Assembly (NCBI RefSeq): GCF_964355755.1
Contig: NC_092679.1
Location: 19,265,432-19,329,431, forward strand
From: Antedon mediterranea
Lineage: Eukaryota > Animalia > Echinodermata
Reading direction: 5' to 3'
Length of the DNA: 64,000 nucleotides
Positions 34,674 through 48,900 of the stretch are shown here, piece by piece. The notes under the pieces were generated by a model. The model did no database searches, was not told where the DNA came from, and worked only from the letters and a program-made list of their open reading frames with translations. A program made the position numbers and the translations under genes. Numbering within the stretch: position 1 is the stretch's first letter; each line of letters starts with the position of its first letter.

Positions 34674-36944
34674 TAACATCCAAAATTCTCAGCCATAATC
34701 CATTTCATATTTCATTAAAATTAAATTCCTATAGTATTAAGAATTTTAAATAGAATATTTATTAAGTTTGAACAATCAATACATTCATAATGCAACATTG
34801 ATAATAAAGTTTTGTTATTAAAATTTCAGAAGCATTTGTGGACTCGCGGCAGTTTTGTTGTCTGTAATCCATGGCTCCTTTGGGAGATATGTTAATGGTA
34901 ATTGTACTAATTTATCATTATAATGACTGGTTATCCAATGTATCATTTAAAGCCTGGTTTATACAACAAATCCACAATCTTGTCAATCTACAAAATTCTT
35001 TTCCAAAGATGATATCAATAACCAAGTATAATCCCATGGGACTAAGTCTGTAAAAATGTATCTATGAAATTTGGAGGACAAATAGGAGGTGGGAATCAAA
35101 TCTAGTCATATTGCAATAAACAATTATTATGTCAGAGTTGAGGACAGGGTTCATGGAATGTACCATTATCTGGTAGGGGTTTTTAATATTGTAGCTCTTT
35201 TTTTAGAGAGAATAGGCCAATGTAAGTTTATCCATGTATAAAGCTAGGCACAAAATAGACTAAAGTATTTTAAAATGCTGTTCAGGCCATGTGAAATTAC
35301 TTCATACATTTTCTTTAAAATATCAAATCTTTTTGATGGCCTTACATTACACATTGCTTTATATTTATCTTAATGGGAATAATATTCAAATCTTAGTTTA
35401 AGAATGGTAATTGAGAAATTGTGTATTGTCTTCTACTTGTACTTAATAGGCTATTAGTATTACGAAACAGGTAAATTGTCCAAGAGACGATAATAACATC
35501 TTCTTTCATACTAAATGAAGTCTAGATATATATTTGTCTACTGTGGAGTTTGGTTACAACTTTTAATGTTTAAGCATTGCTATTCTTAATTGTAAAAAGC
35601 ACTTTATTCCATTGATTATCTTCACCCAGGAGAAAAATGGGTACTGAATGTACATACCAATGCTGCTCTAATTAATTTTCCAACATTAGAATGACAAATT
35701 GTGTGTTTTGTAGCATTTGATTGAATTAATTTCTGATTATTAATATTAATTATTATATAATAAATTAATTAAATATTGTAAGTGAGTATGGTTGGTATAA
35801 TTAATAATATTAGCTGAAAACGGTTCTTTTTCTGAAAGAATGTTATGAAAGAAACTGTGTAAAAATTCACCAATGTGTAGCATAAAGAAATGCTACACAT
35901 AATATAATAATATAAATATAATAATGCAATATTTATATAGCGCTATTTCGTAACAAAGATCAGAGTGTTTCTAGTGTTTGTTGATTTAATTAAAATTATC
36001 TAGACTCTGAGCAGGAAATAGGCTAACCAAAGACAACCCATTAATGACAACAACAAAAACACCACCCCACTGTTCCCCCCGCTATTTAAGGTGCAATAGC
36101 CATAGTAGTGTTTGTTGTCTATGCCTATGTTTTAAAATATGCAGTTTACAAAACCACCACTGAGCACAAATTCCAATGCAATTTGTGTAATCTCAGGTCT
36201 TTAATTTTATAATACCATAAAACATACACTAAATGGCCACAATCTTTTATACCTTAAATCTAAGCAATTTATATCAATTTTCCACACTGGTTCCCATCAA
36301 TAAAAGAAACATTGTATTTCTGTGGATAACCCTGACTCTGTACAAAATTAGTTTATTTTATTATGCATCAATTCCCTTTACAAATATATAAAAATAATAG
36401 TTACTTTAAGGAACCACCTGCCTGCCAATATTACTACTTTTTTCTGACACTGTACAATACAACTGTACTTTTGTATTCTGATTCACACTAGTTCAAAATG
36501 GTTTTTTTGCATGACCATCTATCTATTTTAACTGTGGTTTAAATGGGGCAAAGATCCCGCTTGTAGTTTCGGGCTTATATGGTGATTCCCCCTGAGAAAA
36601 AAAGTATAAAAAATAAATAGTATAGCAAATTATTTAAATAAATATCTCCACATTTTACAGAATTTTTATTATAATATCCTCTTTTGTTTAATATTTAAAT
36701 TGATAAATTTATGTACACTCATTGCTGAGTATTTCACAAAAACATTTAATCTAATTTGATAGTGTGGACAGAGACTTTATAATCAAATGGGACAACCAGC
36801 TACTGATGCATTTACTGATTAATGCTAATACTTCAAACACCTTTTACAATAATTGATCATCATATAATTATTGTAACAAAAATGGCAATGATCAGGCTCT
36901 AATCGGCTAGTATTAGATGCGTTGATGCGTTTAATTTTAAACAT

Positions 36945-37071
36945 ATGGTGGTGATATGGTGGTGATTTGATGGTGATGGTGATGGTGATGATTTGATGGT
37001 GGTGGTGATTTGATGGTGGTGGTGATTTGATTGGTGGAGGAGGTGATGGTGGATTGATAGTGGTGGAGGTG
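36945..37071. repeat. (GGT/GAT)n imperfect microsatellite
   Basis: Direct reading. Confidence 0.85.
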
Positions 37072-37671
37072 CAATTTTAAAGCACTTAACAGAAACTTAT
37101 CCCATTCTGCCTTTAGATCAGATCCCTCACATTTGATTTGTATAACAATTATATAACAAACTTGAGGGTAGGATTATCTACTCAATGGTAGATTTTACCC
37201 GAGTCAGTGGTACAGTACGTACCTTTCAAACCAAAAGCAATTTATTTATTTGCTAAACATTAAGGTTTATCGCAAATCAAGTGATTTGCGAGAAACGTCA
37301 TTGCACAAAGCATGATTGGAAGGCCCGGTATATAAAGTATATACATTTTTTATTATACAGTGGAGCTATTTCTCCAAAACTCTTCCCATCATGCATCGCT
37401 CACGCTATTTGCGATAAACCTTATTTGGCAATACTATACAGTAGCTCAATGTGGTTTCAGTCAAAATGATGTATCACTTAGATAATAAAATAATTTTTGG
37501 GAGTGCTGTTACTCTTATTTTTTACTAATGGAATACAAAATAATGTTCTACGTCTTTTTCTTTCATTGTCATCACATATTAAAGCCAATCATCAATCAAT
37601 AATTTCAAACTGAAATATGAATTTTTTATAACTAGAAAATGATTATGCATCTGTTTTAAACTAAGTATTCA

Positions 37672-37788
37672 TTGCTTCACTTACAATACCTTATGTCTAG
37701 CCATATGGCCATCCTGAGGAAAAGTAACCTGCTTCACTTACAATACCTTATGTCTAGCCATATGGCCATCCTGAGGAAAAGTAACCTG
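37672..37788. repeat. Perfect ~58-bp tandem duplication
   Basis: TGCTTCACTTACAATACC...GAAAAGTAACC twice. Confidence 0.9.
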
Positions 37789-38025
37789 AGACATCAAATT
37801 AATAAATTAAAGGCATTGAGTCATATTAAATAAAATATTTAATAAAATTTACGTGGTATGTGAAGACAAAAATAACAATGCAATTTATAATTGTATTAAT
37901 GAATAAAAATAGTATACAGTATTAATGTACAGTAGATAGGCTATGTGTAGTGTCTGTAGTAGTTAGGCCAGATTAAAATGTCGGCCTGTCTACATTCATG
38001 TAGAGTAGGCCTAGTAACAGTAGTA

Positions 38026-38197
38026 CAGATGTTCCAACCCCGAATATTCAAAAAAAATTTTGCACTGTTCTGAATCCTGTTTTTTAGGTTATTTCTGTCT
38101 CTAAATACATATTATAGATAGAGGGCGTAAACACTTCAAATCCGCTAAAAAAAATGTAGACTGCCCGAAATTGTTAACTTGGGGGTTGGAACATCTG
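38026..38197. mobile_element. MITE (TIR CAGATGTTCCAACCCC)
   Basis: Perfect 16-bp TIR; TSD unclear. Confidence 0.75.
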
Positions 38198-38399
38198 CAA
38201 GTACAGTAGTAGCAAAGGGATTTTCTTTAGCGGCAGAAGCCGAACAGACTTGGTAAATATTTTTCCTTGGTGGCAGACCATGAATTTGACCGTTCCATAC
38301 CTGGCAGCAAAAATGAACGACGGATGTAGAAAATGTAGTAAAATGAACTGCAGGCTATACAAATTAGAAAAAGCAATCCAACCAACATAAAAAATAATG

Positions 38400-39811
38400 G
38401 AATTTCTATAATAAATAAGCTAAGCTAAAGATATATGGTAAAATTTGCCATTTTGCCAACAGCCAGTTTGGACGAGCAGGTTACCGCGCAGGAGAAAAGG
38501 CAATCAGCCGCCTTCTTTCTCGCCTGCCTCTCTCAGCTCTCCTCCTACTCCACGTCGTACTACTACTACTAGCTAGCCAGCTTCGACTGCATGTGTCTTC
38601 GTTCGTCGTCAAGAAGTACCAAACAGTTTGGCGTAAAAGCTAATAAAAATTTTTATATGATAAACAAAGGGCAGTTAATGATTAACTAACCTCTAACTAT
38701 GTGAAATGGTACAAATAATCCAAAATAAGTTCATTTCGGGAAAGTAAACAACCTCTATCATCCATCCATGTCATGAGCAGTCAGCTTGCAGACAGGTTGT
38801 TGAGAAAAAATGTAGACCGTCTTTTTAACAATCTCAACTTTGACCCAAATGGCAATGTTGACACGCTTCAGTTGTTATTGGATTTTTTTTTATTTAATCG
38901 TCGCGTAATTAAACAAAAATATAACAATTACAAACATATGGAATTCATTTCAACACCCGCAAATATACGTGGAAATAGATATTTTGTAATATAATTTTTT
39001 TTAAAGGTATTTTAATAACATTGAGCGCCAATGATACGTGTAATTATTTTTATAGTACAATTGTTTACAAATGGAACGAAGTTGATTTATGTTCTCTGAA
39101 AAAAAGATCATGAATGAATTAATGAATTTGCGGAATGTGATTAAAATTATAATTTTATTGCATGCGGTCATCCTCCCAAATGTAACTGAATGGCGACGCA
39201 AATTTATCACACATTCCGCCGATAATTATGATTTTTTATAGTTTTACAGTTTTGTGTTACTCCTTCCAACTGCTAAATTTGAGTGCCTATGTTGAGATAG
39301 AAACATTGCATAATTCAATTAAATTTGTTTTAAATATAAAACTAAAAATTAAAATAATATAATATATACAATGAACTCAAGAAAAAGAAAATAAGTAGCA
39401 ACAATTGTATTGTACACTTACTCTTAGAATAATAATATTGATAAAAATATATAAATTTAAAATTTAAATAAGTATACAATTGATTCGTAAAATTCATATG
39501 ACAAAATCAACTTTTTTAGGATAATCATCACTAGGCCTAAATCAACCTAAATCATGTTATAATTATAACTTGAGTAACTTTTTTTTGTTTATACGAAAAT
39601 CTAAAAAAAAATATAAATTTTCTATGAAGTTTCAATACATAGAACCTTATTAATATTATTTCGTATCCTTTTTAGGAACGTTTATAGTGTTCATCCAATG
39701 AAAACTAGTTATTACAGGGATTTCCACCTCTTGAGTGATCCAATCGAAATACAGCGATACGTAAACAAAATTGACTCATTCGCCATGAAAGTATCGTAAA
39801 ATCACATAAAA
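38400..39811. promoter_or_regulatory. Putative promoter region of RAB3GAP2, possibly shared divergently with the formin
   Basis: Patches richer in CpG/GC (38460-38640, 39140-39225, 39720-39810) between divergently oriented genes; TSS not determinable. Confidence 0.4.
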
Positions 39812-39932
39812 ATGTCGTGTGTTTTGAATAAGTTAGGACAATTTCAAGACATTTTGGCAGTAAGTTCCTTCTTACTGAACTCTCCATCAAACTTGGAAGC
39901 GCAATCGGAACAAAAAACGTCTAATGAAAATG
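39812..39932 (+). CDS. RAB3GAP2: RAB3GAP2 exon 1
   Basis: [21 protein letters not shown]; G|GTAAGT. Confidence 0.85.
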
Positions 39933-42900
39933 GTAAGTTTTGCAGTCCAAAATTTCACCCAGCTAGGCCGACGATATGTTATCCGTGTATACGTAGGTGT
40001 GGCAAAAGACAGGCTGATTCGGGCTTTTAAAGCATGCCACACTCCAGTTAAGTTTGTCTCAAATAGGGCTAGAAAATATTGTTGGTTTCTGGAACTTTTA
40101 TAATAGAATTATAGATATAATTGTATTGAAGTTAACAATAATGTCGGATGATATTTCAGACCAGCCTACACTGGGTTTATTTTGCTGGTAAATATAATAA
40201 ATAAATTATTTTTTTGAAACTATATTTATGAGTAGGACAGGTATGATCTTTTGTGATCTAGGCCTACAGTAGTCTTAGTTATTGATAATAATATTTTATT
40301 TACAGAAGGCTGGGATGAAGACTGGTCGTGGCCTGATGATGCCAATGAAGCTAAACAGCAGGTACTATTTAAAAAAAAACAATTTCCGAATCTTTATTTT
40401 CAAACAAATATAATTTCATCAATCAGTGATTGTTAATTTTTCTTATAAATTAAACACACACAGTTTAATTTATTTAATAAATATTCTAAGCACACAGCAA
40501 TCCACATTTCTAGTACATTGCACCATGTCATATGTATAGTAATTTCTATAATAATACAATAGTATTTTATTGATTACATTTATTTGTTTTAAGGAGGAGA
40601 GAGGTAGCAACAAAGATGAGAGTGTAACTAAGGATGCTTGGTTACCTGACTGCAGTGTAAGCCTTTCGCCAGCTAATGATTTGTTGGTTTTAGCATATGA
40701 CGAGAGAGTCGTCTTTCTTCAACGTAAGTTGACATACTGTATTAGTTCACTACAGTATCTGTCTCCAAAGGTAGATAAATACAGTAATATATTCTTTGAT
40801 TATTATTAATAATTGAATATTGTAAATACACAACATTATATAAGTGCCTTTATAAAGAAAGATAAAGACTCTTTGTACCTATAAATCTGTCACACTCTGA
40901 AAAAAAAGATGAGAAAAACAAAGTTAGAAATATTGAGTCATAATGACTTTCCTCGCTTTTTTATTTTTGGAGTTTGTTTCATATTATGATTTATCAAACT
41001 TATTAGTATACCCTCTGGTTTCTGTACAGAAAAATTAACAAAATATAAACAGATACCGTAGCTGAATTTGGAGAACATATAATTTATATATTTTACATTT
41101 TTTTCTGTAGAAAAATGGGACCCAGACGAAACTGAAGGGGCAGGTTGCAGGTACCATATCATATACAAAGGAATGCTAAACCAGGAGGAAGGGTAAGCTG
41201 TGTATTTATTTCAGCATCTTTCACAAATGTAAAATAATAGCAAATCACATGTTTTGTTTGGGTAGGTGTCGGCCATAAGAAAATCCAGATTTTCCATATC
41301 ATTTACAGGGAATGTATAACAAAAGTGCTATGCGTGCCGTTGGCATCTCAACAACGCAGTTCCCAAGGAAGACCAGACTGGACGTGTGTCATAGTTGGAT
41401 TTACATCAGGATATGTTAGAATGTACACTGAGAATGGCGCCCTCTTGTTGTCACAGTTGCTCCACGAGGATCCAGTCTTAAACCTAAAGTGTAGAACACA
41501 TGATGTTCCGCGCTATCCCGGAATTGCGGAACAAACGGAAGAGCTTTCCATTCTTTTTCCAACATCTTTAGTACTTGTCGATGGATTTAGCTTGTTTCAG
41601 TCTCTCCGAGCTTGCCGTAACCAATTAGCAAGAGGTAATAATATTATATATAAATGTTTGTTTATTTATTTATTAAAAATGACACATAAAAATAATTTTA
41701 TACTACTGTATGAAAACGATGACAAAAATATTTTGTTTAAATAATTTATTCTTAATAATATGGATTATAAGTTTCAGTGGCTACTGTACTTTAAAATATT
41801 AATGCTTTCTACAGCACATGCAAGTGGGACCGATGCCATTCAGCCTCCACCATTAGCATACAAGAAATGGGGGTTACTAAACCAGGATACAACTGAAGAT
41901 CAAGTTAGTTGTGGTAAGTTTTATAATAAAATAATAATAAAACCTCTATTAAGGGGACACCCTCGAGACCCAACAAATTGTCTCTTTAGTAGGGCTGTCC
42001 CTGAATAGAAGTTGCCTCTCGTTTGTTTTAAGGGAAAGTGTTCCCTTAATAGGGGTGACCTCAAGGAGAGGTTCTACTATATGAGGACTTTCAAGCTCAA
42101 CACCAGTGCCATACATTTGCAGCAAATAATATATAGTGTTCGTTTCTTGGGAGTGTCCCATGAATAGGGGTGTCACAAAGGAGGTGTACTAACTGTATTT
42201 TCTTTTATAGGTGTGATAACCCCATGTGCATTTGATCAGTTACACACAGCATCCATTCTTGGTGGATACTCTGCAGCCATTAAGTCCCATGCACCAGTTT
42301 GTTCAAGGTACCTGTCTGTCGGAACAAGCCCATTTGTTGGGGTGTTTGATGCCATTGAGGTGAGGGAACATATTCTATTTTATCATTCCAATTTTATACT
42401 CAGTGTTCAAAGATTCAGAAGATTCAAATTTTATTCTCATCCATTTCTGAAAATTCCATTGCTTGCATTAAAAATTAGAAAATAACTACGGTATTGAAAC
42501 TACATTACTATAAACATATTTGATATATATAAAAACAATAAAAAGCATTAACTATTTACAGTATATTTCACTTATAACTTTCATTATTTGTAATATTTGT
42601 TAAAAATTGTAATGTATTTTCTAATTAATCATTGGTCCCATCCTCATCATCTTTCCCATTATCATTATCATCAACATCATTCAATAACCATTGATATCAA
42701 GCCACTTTTTCCTCATTATCGTCATCTGGTGACACATCCAGACTCATATTTAACACAATAACTGTAATTTTATTTTTAGGGTAGCACTCAGCCCCTTATG
42801 TCAGATGTAGCTTTTGCAGTAGCAAGCAAACTCAAATCTGCCCTCATTTCAGCTGCCAGGTAAGTATATAGGTTGTAAGTTTGTCAATTGGAACACAAAC

Positions 42901-45900
42901 CTGAGACAGTTATTACATACGTGTGTGTTATTGTGTGACATGAATATATTTATGTGTAAGTCTTTCTTTTTTTTTTTCTAGTGGATGGTGGTTTCGCGGT
43001 AAGCAACCAGCAGAAGATTTGTCAGCTGGAAAACCAAAAGTAGAACCAGCCACGTCATTACCGATCCGGTAAACATTCTTTATAATCATTAGTTTATTTA
43101 ATTTATTTTATTTTTGATTCAAATTTGTTTGTGCATTATTTTATTTTTATTGTTACATGTTTATGTCTCATCATTTTGTGTTTTTGTGAGGGTTCCTAAT
43201 GATCAGCTTCGGTTGGATGGACCACCCTCGTAAAAATTTAATTTCTTAAATAGAAGGCTATTTGAGTAAAAATCTGTTATAGTAAAAATTAAAAAGATAA
43301 CATTTATATATAGCAATCATTCCATTTTCATTTCATATCTTTTTACTTTTACTGTTCTTCTCATATCTCTTTATCAATTATATCATTTTGCAGATTTAGT
43401 ATTCCTGACTTACGACGCAATGGTGACAGTATACATTTAGCTCCAACCAATAGATTAGCTGTTACAACTGATAGCTTTGGGCGTGTCATGTTGGTTGATG
43501 TCACTAGAGGAATTGTTGTTAGAATCTGGAAAGGTAAGAGCGCTATACTTTATATTCATGAGAATATTCAAAGAGACATTCTCAATCCTACTTCAGTTTT
43601 TACATGATGTACTGTAAATCTAACTAGGCTGGTAATTTGCAACTTATTACAATTTTCTTCCACAAATGGAACATGAAGTTTTAGATAAAATATTATTTAT
43701 TTTATAAATATTCTAGGTTATCGTGATGCCCAGTGCGGGTGGGTACAAGTTAAAGAAGACTTCCATAAAGAGAAGTCGGACCAGAACAAAGGTTTAAAGA
43801 AAAAGAATGCTACATTTCCTAGGCTTGCGTTGTTCTTGGTAATCTATGCACCACGGCGTGGGATCCTAGAAGTCTGGAACATCCAGCAGGGGCCTAGAGT
43901 GGCTGCTTTTAATGTGCCTAAATCTTGCAGGTTAGTCTTCAAACTTTTTGAAGAATTAAAACCTTAAATTTTAAGTAGTAACAAATATGAATAAAATGTG
44001 CATTATTATAAAATACTGTATTTCTCATAAATACACATACTGTATATTAATTTCTTACTTTTTCTGTCAAATTTATTTTAGACTCCTTGCTCCAGGCTAT
44101 GGTATTCTTGGGCTTAACCATTTAACAGTACAGGATTCCAGGAGGCAATATAAGCAACTTCAGTGTGTCTTGATGGAGCCTAGTGGTTTATTAAAAACAG
44201 TCTATGTCCCATTTCACTTAGCCCTTAGCGATAAGAACAGCAAGAAAGCTAGAGATATGCATCTTGTAAAGAAGCTATCCAGTTTACTGCATAACAGAAA
44301 TAATCTTAAAGGTACGGTGATTAAAACATAAACATTGATAATATAAGGAGCTTTCGATTTGTTACGACTGACGACCTAACTACCGTAGGTCAAGTCAATC
44401 GATGTGTTGTCGGTCATCATCTGGACCTAGAAACCATAAAAACTATGTTGAGGTGTGGAGCGAGAAAACATGTCCCAATATCCCTAACATGGCGTAGTTT
44501 GGTCGTCAGTTGTCAGTCCTAGCAAATCAAAAGCTTTCTAATAATCTGTGAAAGAACCATATATTTGTGGTCTAATGGTATGATACTTGCCCTTCAAGAA
44601 ACCCTTTTCATACAATTCCAACAATCGTTGATAACATGCTCCAATAAGCACTATTTGTAGAATGTAGTTTGTTTATATTGATATTTAGTACCTCATAGTA
44701 AATCATTGTTTCTTTCGATATTTTAATCATTTAGAACCTTTAGAGCAAGCTATAACACCAGTGCTATTGGATATTAAGATAGCATCTTACAAACAACAGG
44801 TATGCAAATGCATTTTGTACAATCAAGTCAACCTCTCCCTTTAAAGCTCTGTCTACACTATCAAACTAGTTTGACACAAAAGTGCGATGTGCCCAATAGT
44901 GTAGACAGAGCTTAAGATTATATACCGTAATAAATAAATAAACATTTGATGTTTCCATTCAGATTTGAAACTTTATTAAGTATACATGCATACTAATTCT
45001 ATTAGTAATTTTCTTCCTAATTTTTGTAGGGATTAAATAAAATCTTAGCCACAAAAAATGTGCCATCAATGGTACAACTGTACGCAATGGAATCTCTGGT
45101 TGCACAATTACGATCACAGGAGCCAAACTCGCTGGACTATGAGAGCCAGTGCCTGCTGCAGTTCTGCCTAGCTCAGAAATGTCTACTAAAGTCTTACAAT
45201 GGTATCTTGAAAATTAATAGTAGTGAAATGGCAGGAAAAATGGAGGAAGACATTAATATAGAGGTACAGTATGGTTTCTATAACTTCTCAATCATAATAC
45301 AGTATGCAAATTTGGAAATTATAAATGCCAAAGATAGGACATTAGGTTAAGTTCTGAATTTAATTTCTCCATCCTCCACTGATACAATGTGTTTTTCTAG
45401 ATAATGCTGTTTTGGATGGAATCTCTGTCTTCACTATCAATGTTTATGTGACAAACAAATGTGATGTGCCCGTACTGTATATGGACATGTTGATTTCATT
45501 CACTACTACCATTTTGCTCATCACACTTTTTTTTTGTTAAACAAGTTTGATAGTGACAGAGCTTTAGTAACAATGTGATTGTATTCAGTATGCTCATCTC
45601 ACACATAGGGGCAGCCATTTTTTTAAAAACCATATTTAATGAGGGTGATCCATCCAGCTATTGCTGATCATTAGGGACATATACTGTACACAAGATGCTC
45701 TACATAAACAAAGTCTTATTACAAGTCTTTGGGAGTGGAGTAATTTGGTCCTTAGAAAAAATCCTGACATGTGACGGGACTTGAACCCAGGACCCTTGGA
45801 GTGGTAGCCAAGCATCATAACCACCAAGCCACAACGCCATATTGAATGCAAGACTTTGGTTATCTTTATGTTCTGTAACTAAGAATGAACACACTGTAAT

Positions 45901-48900
45901 AATGAACTGCTACAGAGTGTTGATTTCTAGCAAACAGCAAAGACTTATTAAGAAATACTGTGGACATAACATTGGCTATTAGCTAGTTTTCTGAAGTTTA
46001 TCTTCCACCCCTCTTTCTACAGACCCTTTCAGATACATTGACAATGGATGAAGAAGAGATCAAACAATTTCAAGAACAAATCACACACTACCTTAAAGCC
46101 TGCTACACCACTAAAGTGCATTTTACAGACACTGAAGCCTTTATGGACACGTCACAGTTCTTGCAGTGCTTTGAGGTCAAAGTTGAACATAGTTTAGAGA
46201 GCCAGGAAGAGAAAGATGTTGACACGATGGTAGATAACCAGCCTCAGGCTGTCATTAAGATCAAAGAGAACCTTTCTGAAGATCTGCAATCAGAATTAGG
46301 TAAGATGGTGGATACCATTAATACTCCTGGGTCCAAAAGAAGCATACGCCAAGCATCTCAACTACCTCTCCTTTATTTATTTTTTTCAAGAACAAGTTTT
46401 ATGAGATAACCATTTATTCAATGGGCAATTGTTGAAATTGCTTTTCTCTTTTTGTTTCTAGGTGTATTTTTATTCAAAGCTTGTTTAACTGGGCAAAGTG
46501 ATGTACAAGATTTGTTTCCAATCATTGAGCAGCTTAGTGTTCCTATTAAAGACTTCTTGGTGAGTTTATATATGAACCACAACTATGTCATTCATTCATT
46601 TAGTTTCTGGTCCATAGTAAAATTACGTATAAACTAACTAAAAAATGACTAATTACATCTCAGGATGGTATTCCACCTGGAGAGCATCTTCGACTTATAA
46701 GACATTTTTGCTATAATCTACATTGTAATCTTCCTTAAGCTCTATCTACACTATCAAACTAGATTGAAAAAAAAAGTGTGGTGTTCCCAAATAAGGTATT
46801 AATATGCCCAAATATGGTAGTAATATGACATCATCATGTCTATATATGGGCACATTTTTTTGTCACAAAAAGTTTGATAGTGTAGACAGAGCTTAAGAAT
46901 TTTAACTGTAGCACTTTCTTATTGCAGCATTATTTAAATTTAGCTGTAGCAATCTCTCTTATTACTGCAGTATTTATTATATGATACTCATAATAATAAC
47001 ATATTGTGCATGATAATTACTGTAGGTAACCTCAAAATGATCTAATCTATTTATGTTTATCTTCAAAAAATAAACATTTAGTGACATCTTTAATAAATAA
47101 AAGGATTATTTTTTTAATGATGATAATATTTTTATTCAATTTTAATCGATTTCATAAAAGGACTGGATGAAGGCAAGTTTGTGCATCAAATTTTAATTGC
47201 TTTTTTTTCTTCAAGGCCTTTTTATGCTACTTCCATTTTTTAAAATTTATAATTTACATACTTTGTGATCAAATAGTATTTTATCAATTTCTTAAATATA
47301 AACTATAATTCTTATAATGAACCCTTGATTAAATTTTATTTTTATATCTCTGGTTGTGGGTTTTTTAAAAGATAGACTACCTCATTTCAACTTATTGCAA
47401 CATATCTTTCCATTTGTAGCTTTTAATGTATCAACAACCTGTGTTACAAAATAAATTAAATTCTACCTTTGCAGCATACCTGTGCATAAATGTCACTCAA
47501 TGTTTAAGTGTTGCCAACCTACGCAGGGCTATGATTAATGCATTTAATGCGGGAGAACAATTCCACTCATTTCAGCATTACATTAACAGCGTATGTAGGC
47601 CTATGTTGCATAAAGTATGTATGTAGCAAAGGTCAAAGTTTTTTTCAAAATTGACCTACATTGAACATGTTCAACTAGGTATGAAGCTCTGTGTACACTC
47701 TAAACTTGTTTGACAAAAAAAAAGATGTGCCCAAATATGGTAGTGATATGCTTAAATATAGTAGTCGTATGACATCATTATGTCCATATATGGGCATATC
47801 ACATAAAGTTTGATAGTGTAGACAGAGCTTAAGTGGAGAACACAAACTTATGGTGACCAGGTCTCTGCTTTTTTCTGTTTCTGCTAACTCAGTTAGTGGG
47901 TTCCCTTGGTCCTGTCTGTGCATTTGGACAATGAAAGAAATTAGCACAACATTTGTAGTGGTATAAACCATGCTTATTGGCAGCTTGAAATTATATAATG
48001 GGTTTAGAAGACATTTTGCACAATAATTATCAATTGACAGGCATACATAGCATATCAAACAATCACAGACCAATCTTAACGTTTTTTTTGTTTGGAAAAC
48101 CGTAACTTCCCCCAACCCATGCCAAAGTTAGGACCCTCTAAAATAATTTATTGTAAAGTAAACTCTTCTTCACAAACCACTTATTGCTAATTTCTCTTTT
48201 AAACTATTGTAATAATTTTAATAAATAATATTAAATAATAGAATAATATATATTATTATGTAGGTCAATACATTATCATATAATTGCCAACTCATATTTA
48301 CAGTATATGACTTCTCTATTACTTTTGTAAACAGGTTCTTTTGGTTAAGACATGGCTTGAACAGGAAGAGACCGTTCTTAAGAACCTGACATCATCCTGC
48401 CATCTTTACCAGTTCTTAACACTCTTTAGCGATGCCTCTAAAACATCTCGGAAGGATGACTTTAGTTCTTACATACAGCTGCAGGAAATCATCATGACCT
48501 CCAAACAAGTTGCAGCTGCTTTGGTCATGTCTGTTGTTATTAAGTCGGTACTTGGCATGTCGTCGCCGGAGGACTCTTCCACTCAGGTACAGGTCAAGCA
48601 TATTTTTAAATTGTTTATACAGTACAATCAGGGAGATGTAAAAACATAACTTCATCTCCCTGTTGATTCTAGGCTAGTTCCCTACTCCCTGGCTGGTAGT
48701 TCTAGGTTAGTTCCTTACTCCCTGGTGGTTCTAGGCTAGTTGCCTACTCCCTGGTGGTTCTAGGCTAGTTGCTTACTCCCTAGTGGTTCTAGGCTAGTTG
48801 CCTACTCCCTGGTGGTTCTAGGCTAGTTGCCTACTCCCTGGTGGTTCTAACTAATATCAAATACTCAATTTATATAGGAGATGGAAACAAGTGCTGCAGA

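Noticed and set aside
45765-45840. Functional tRNA gene
   Set aside because: A and B boxes present, but the acceptor stem is poorly paired and the anticodon loop irregular; better explained as a SINE head
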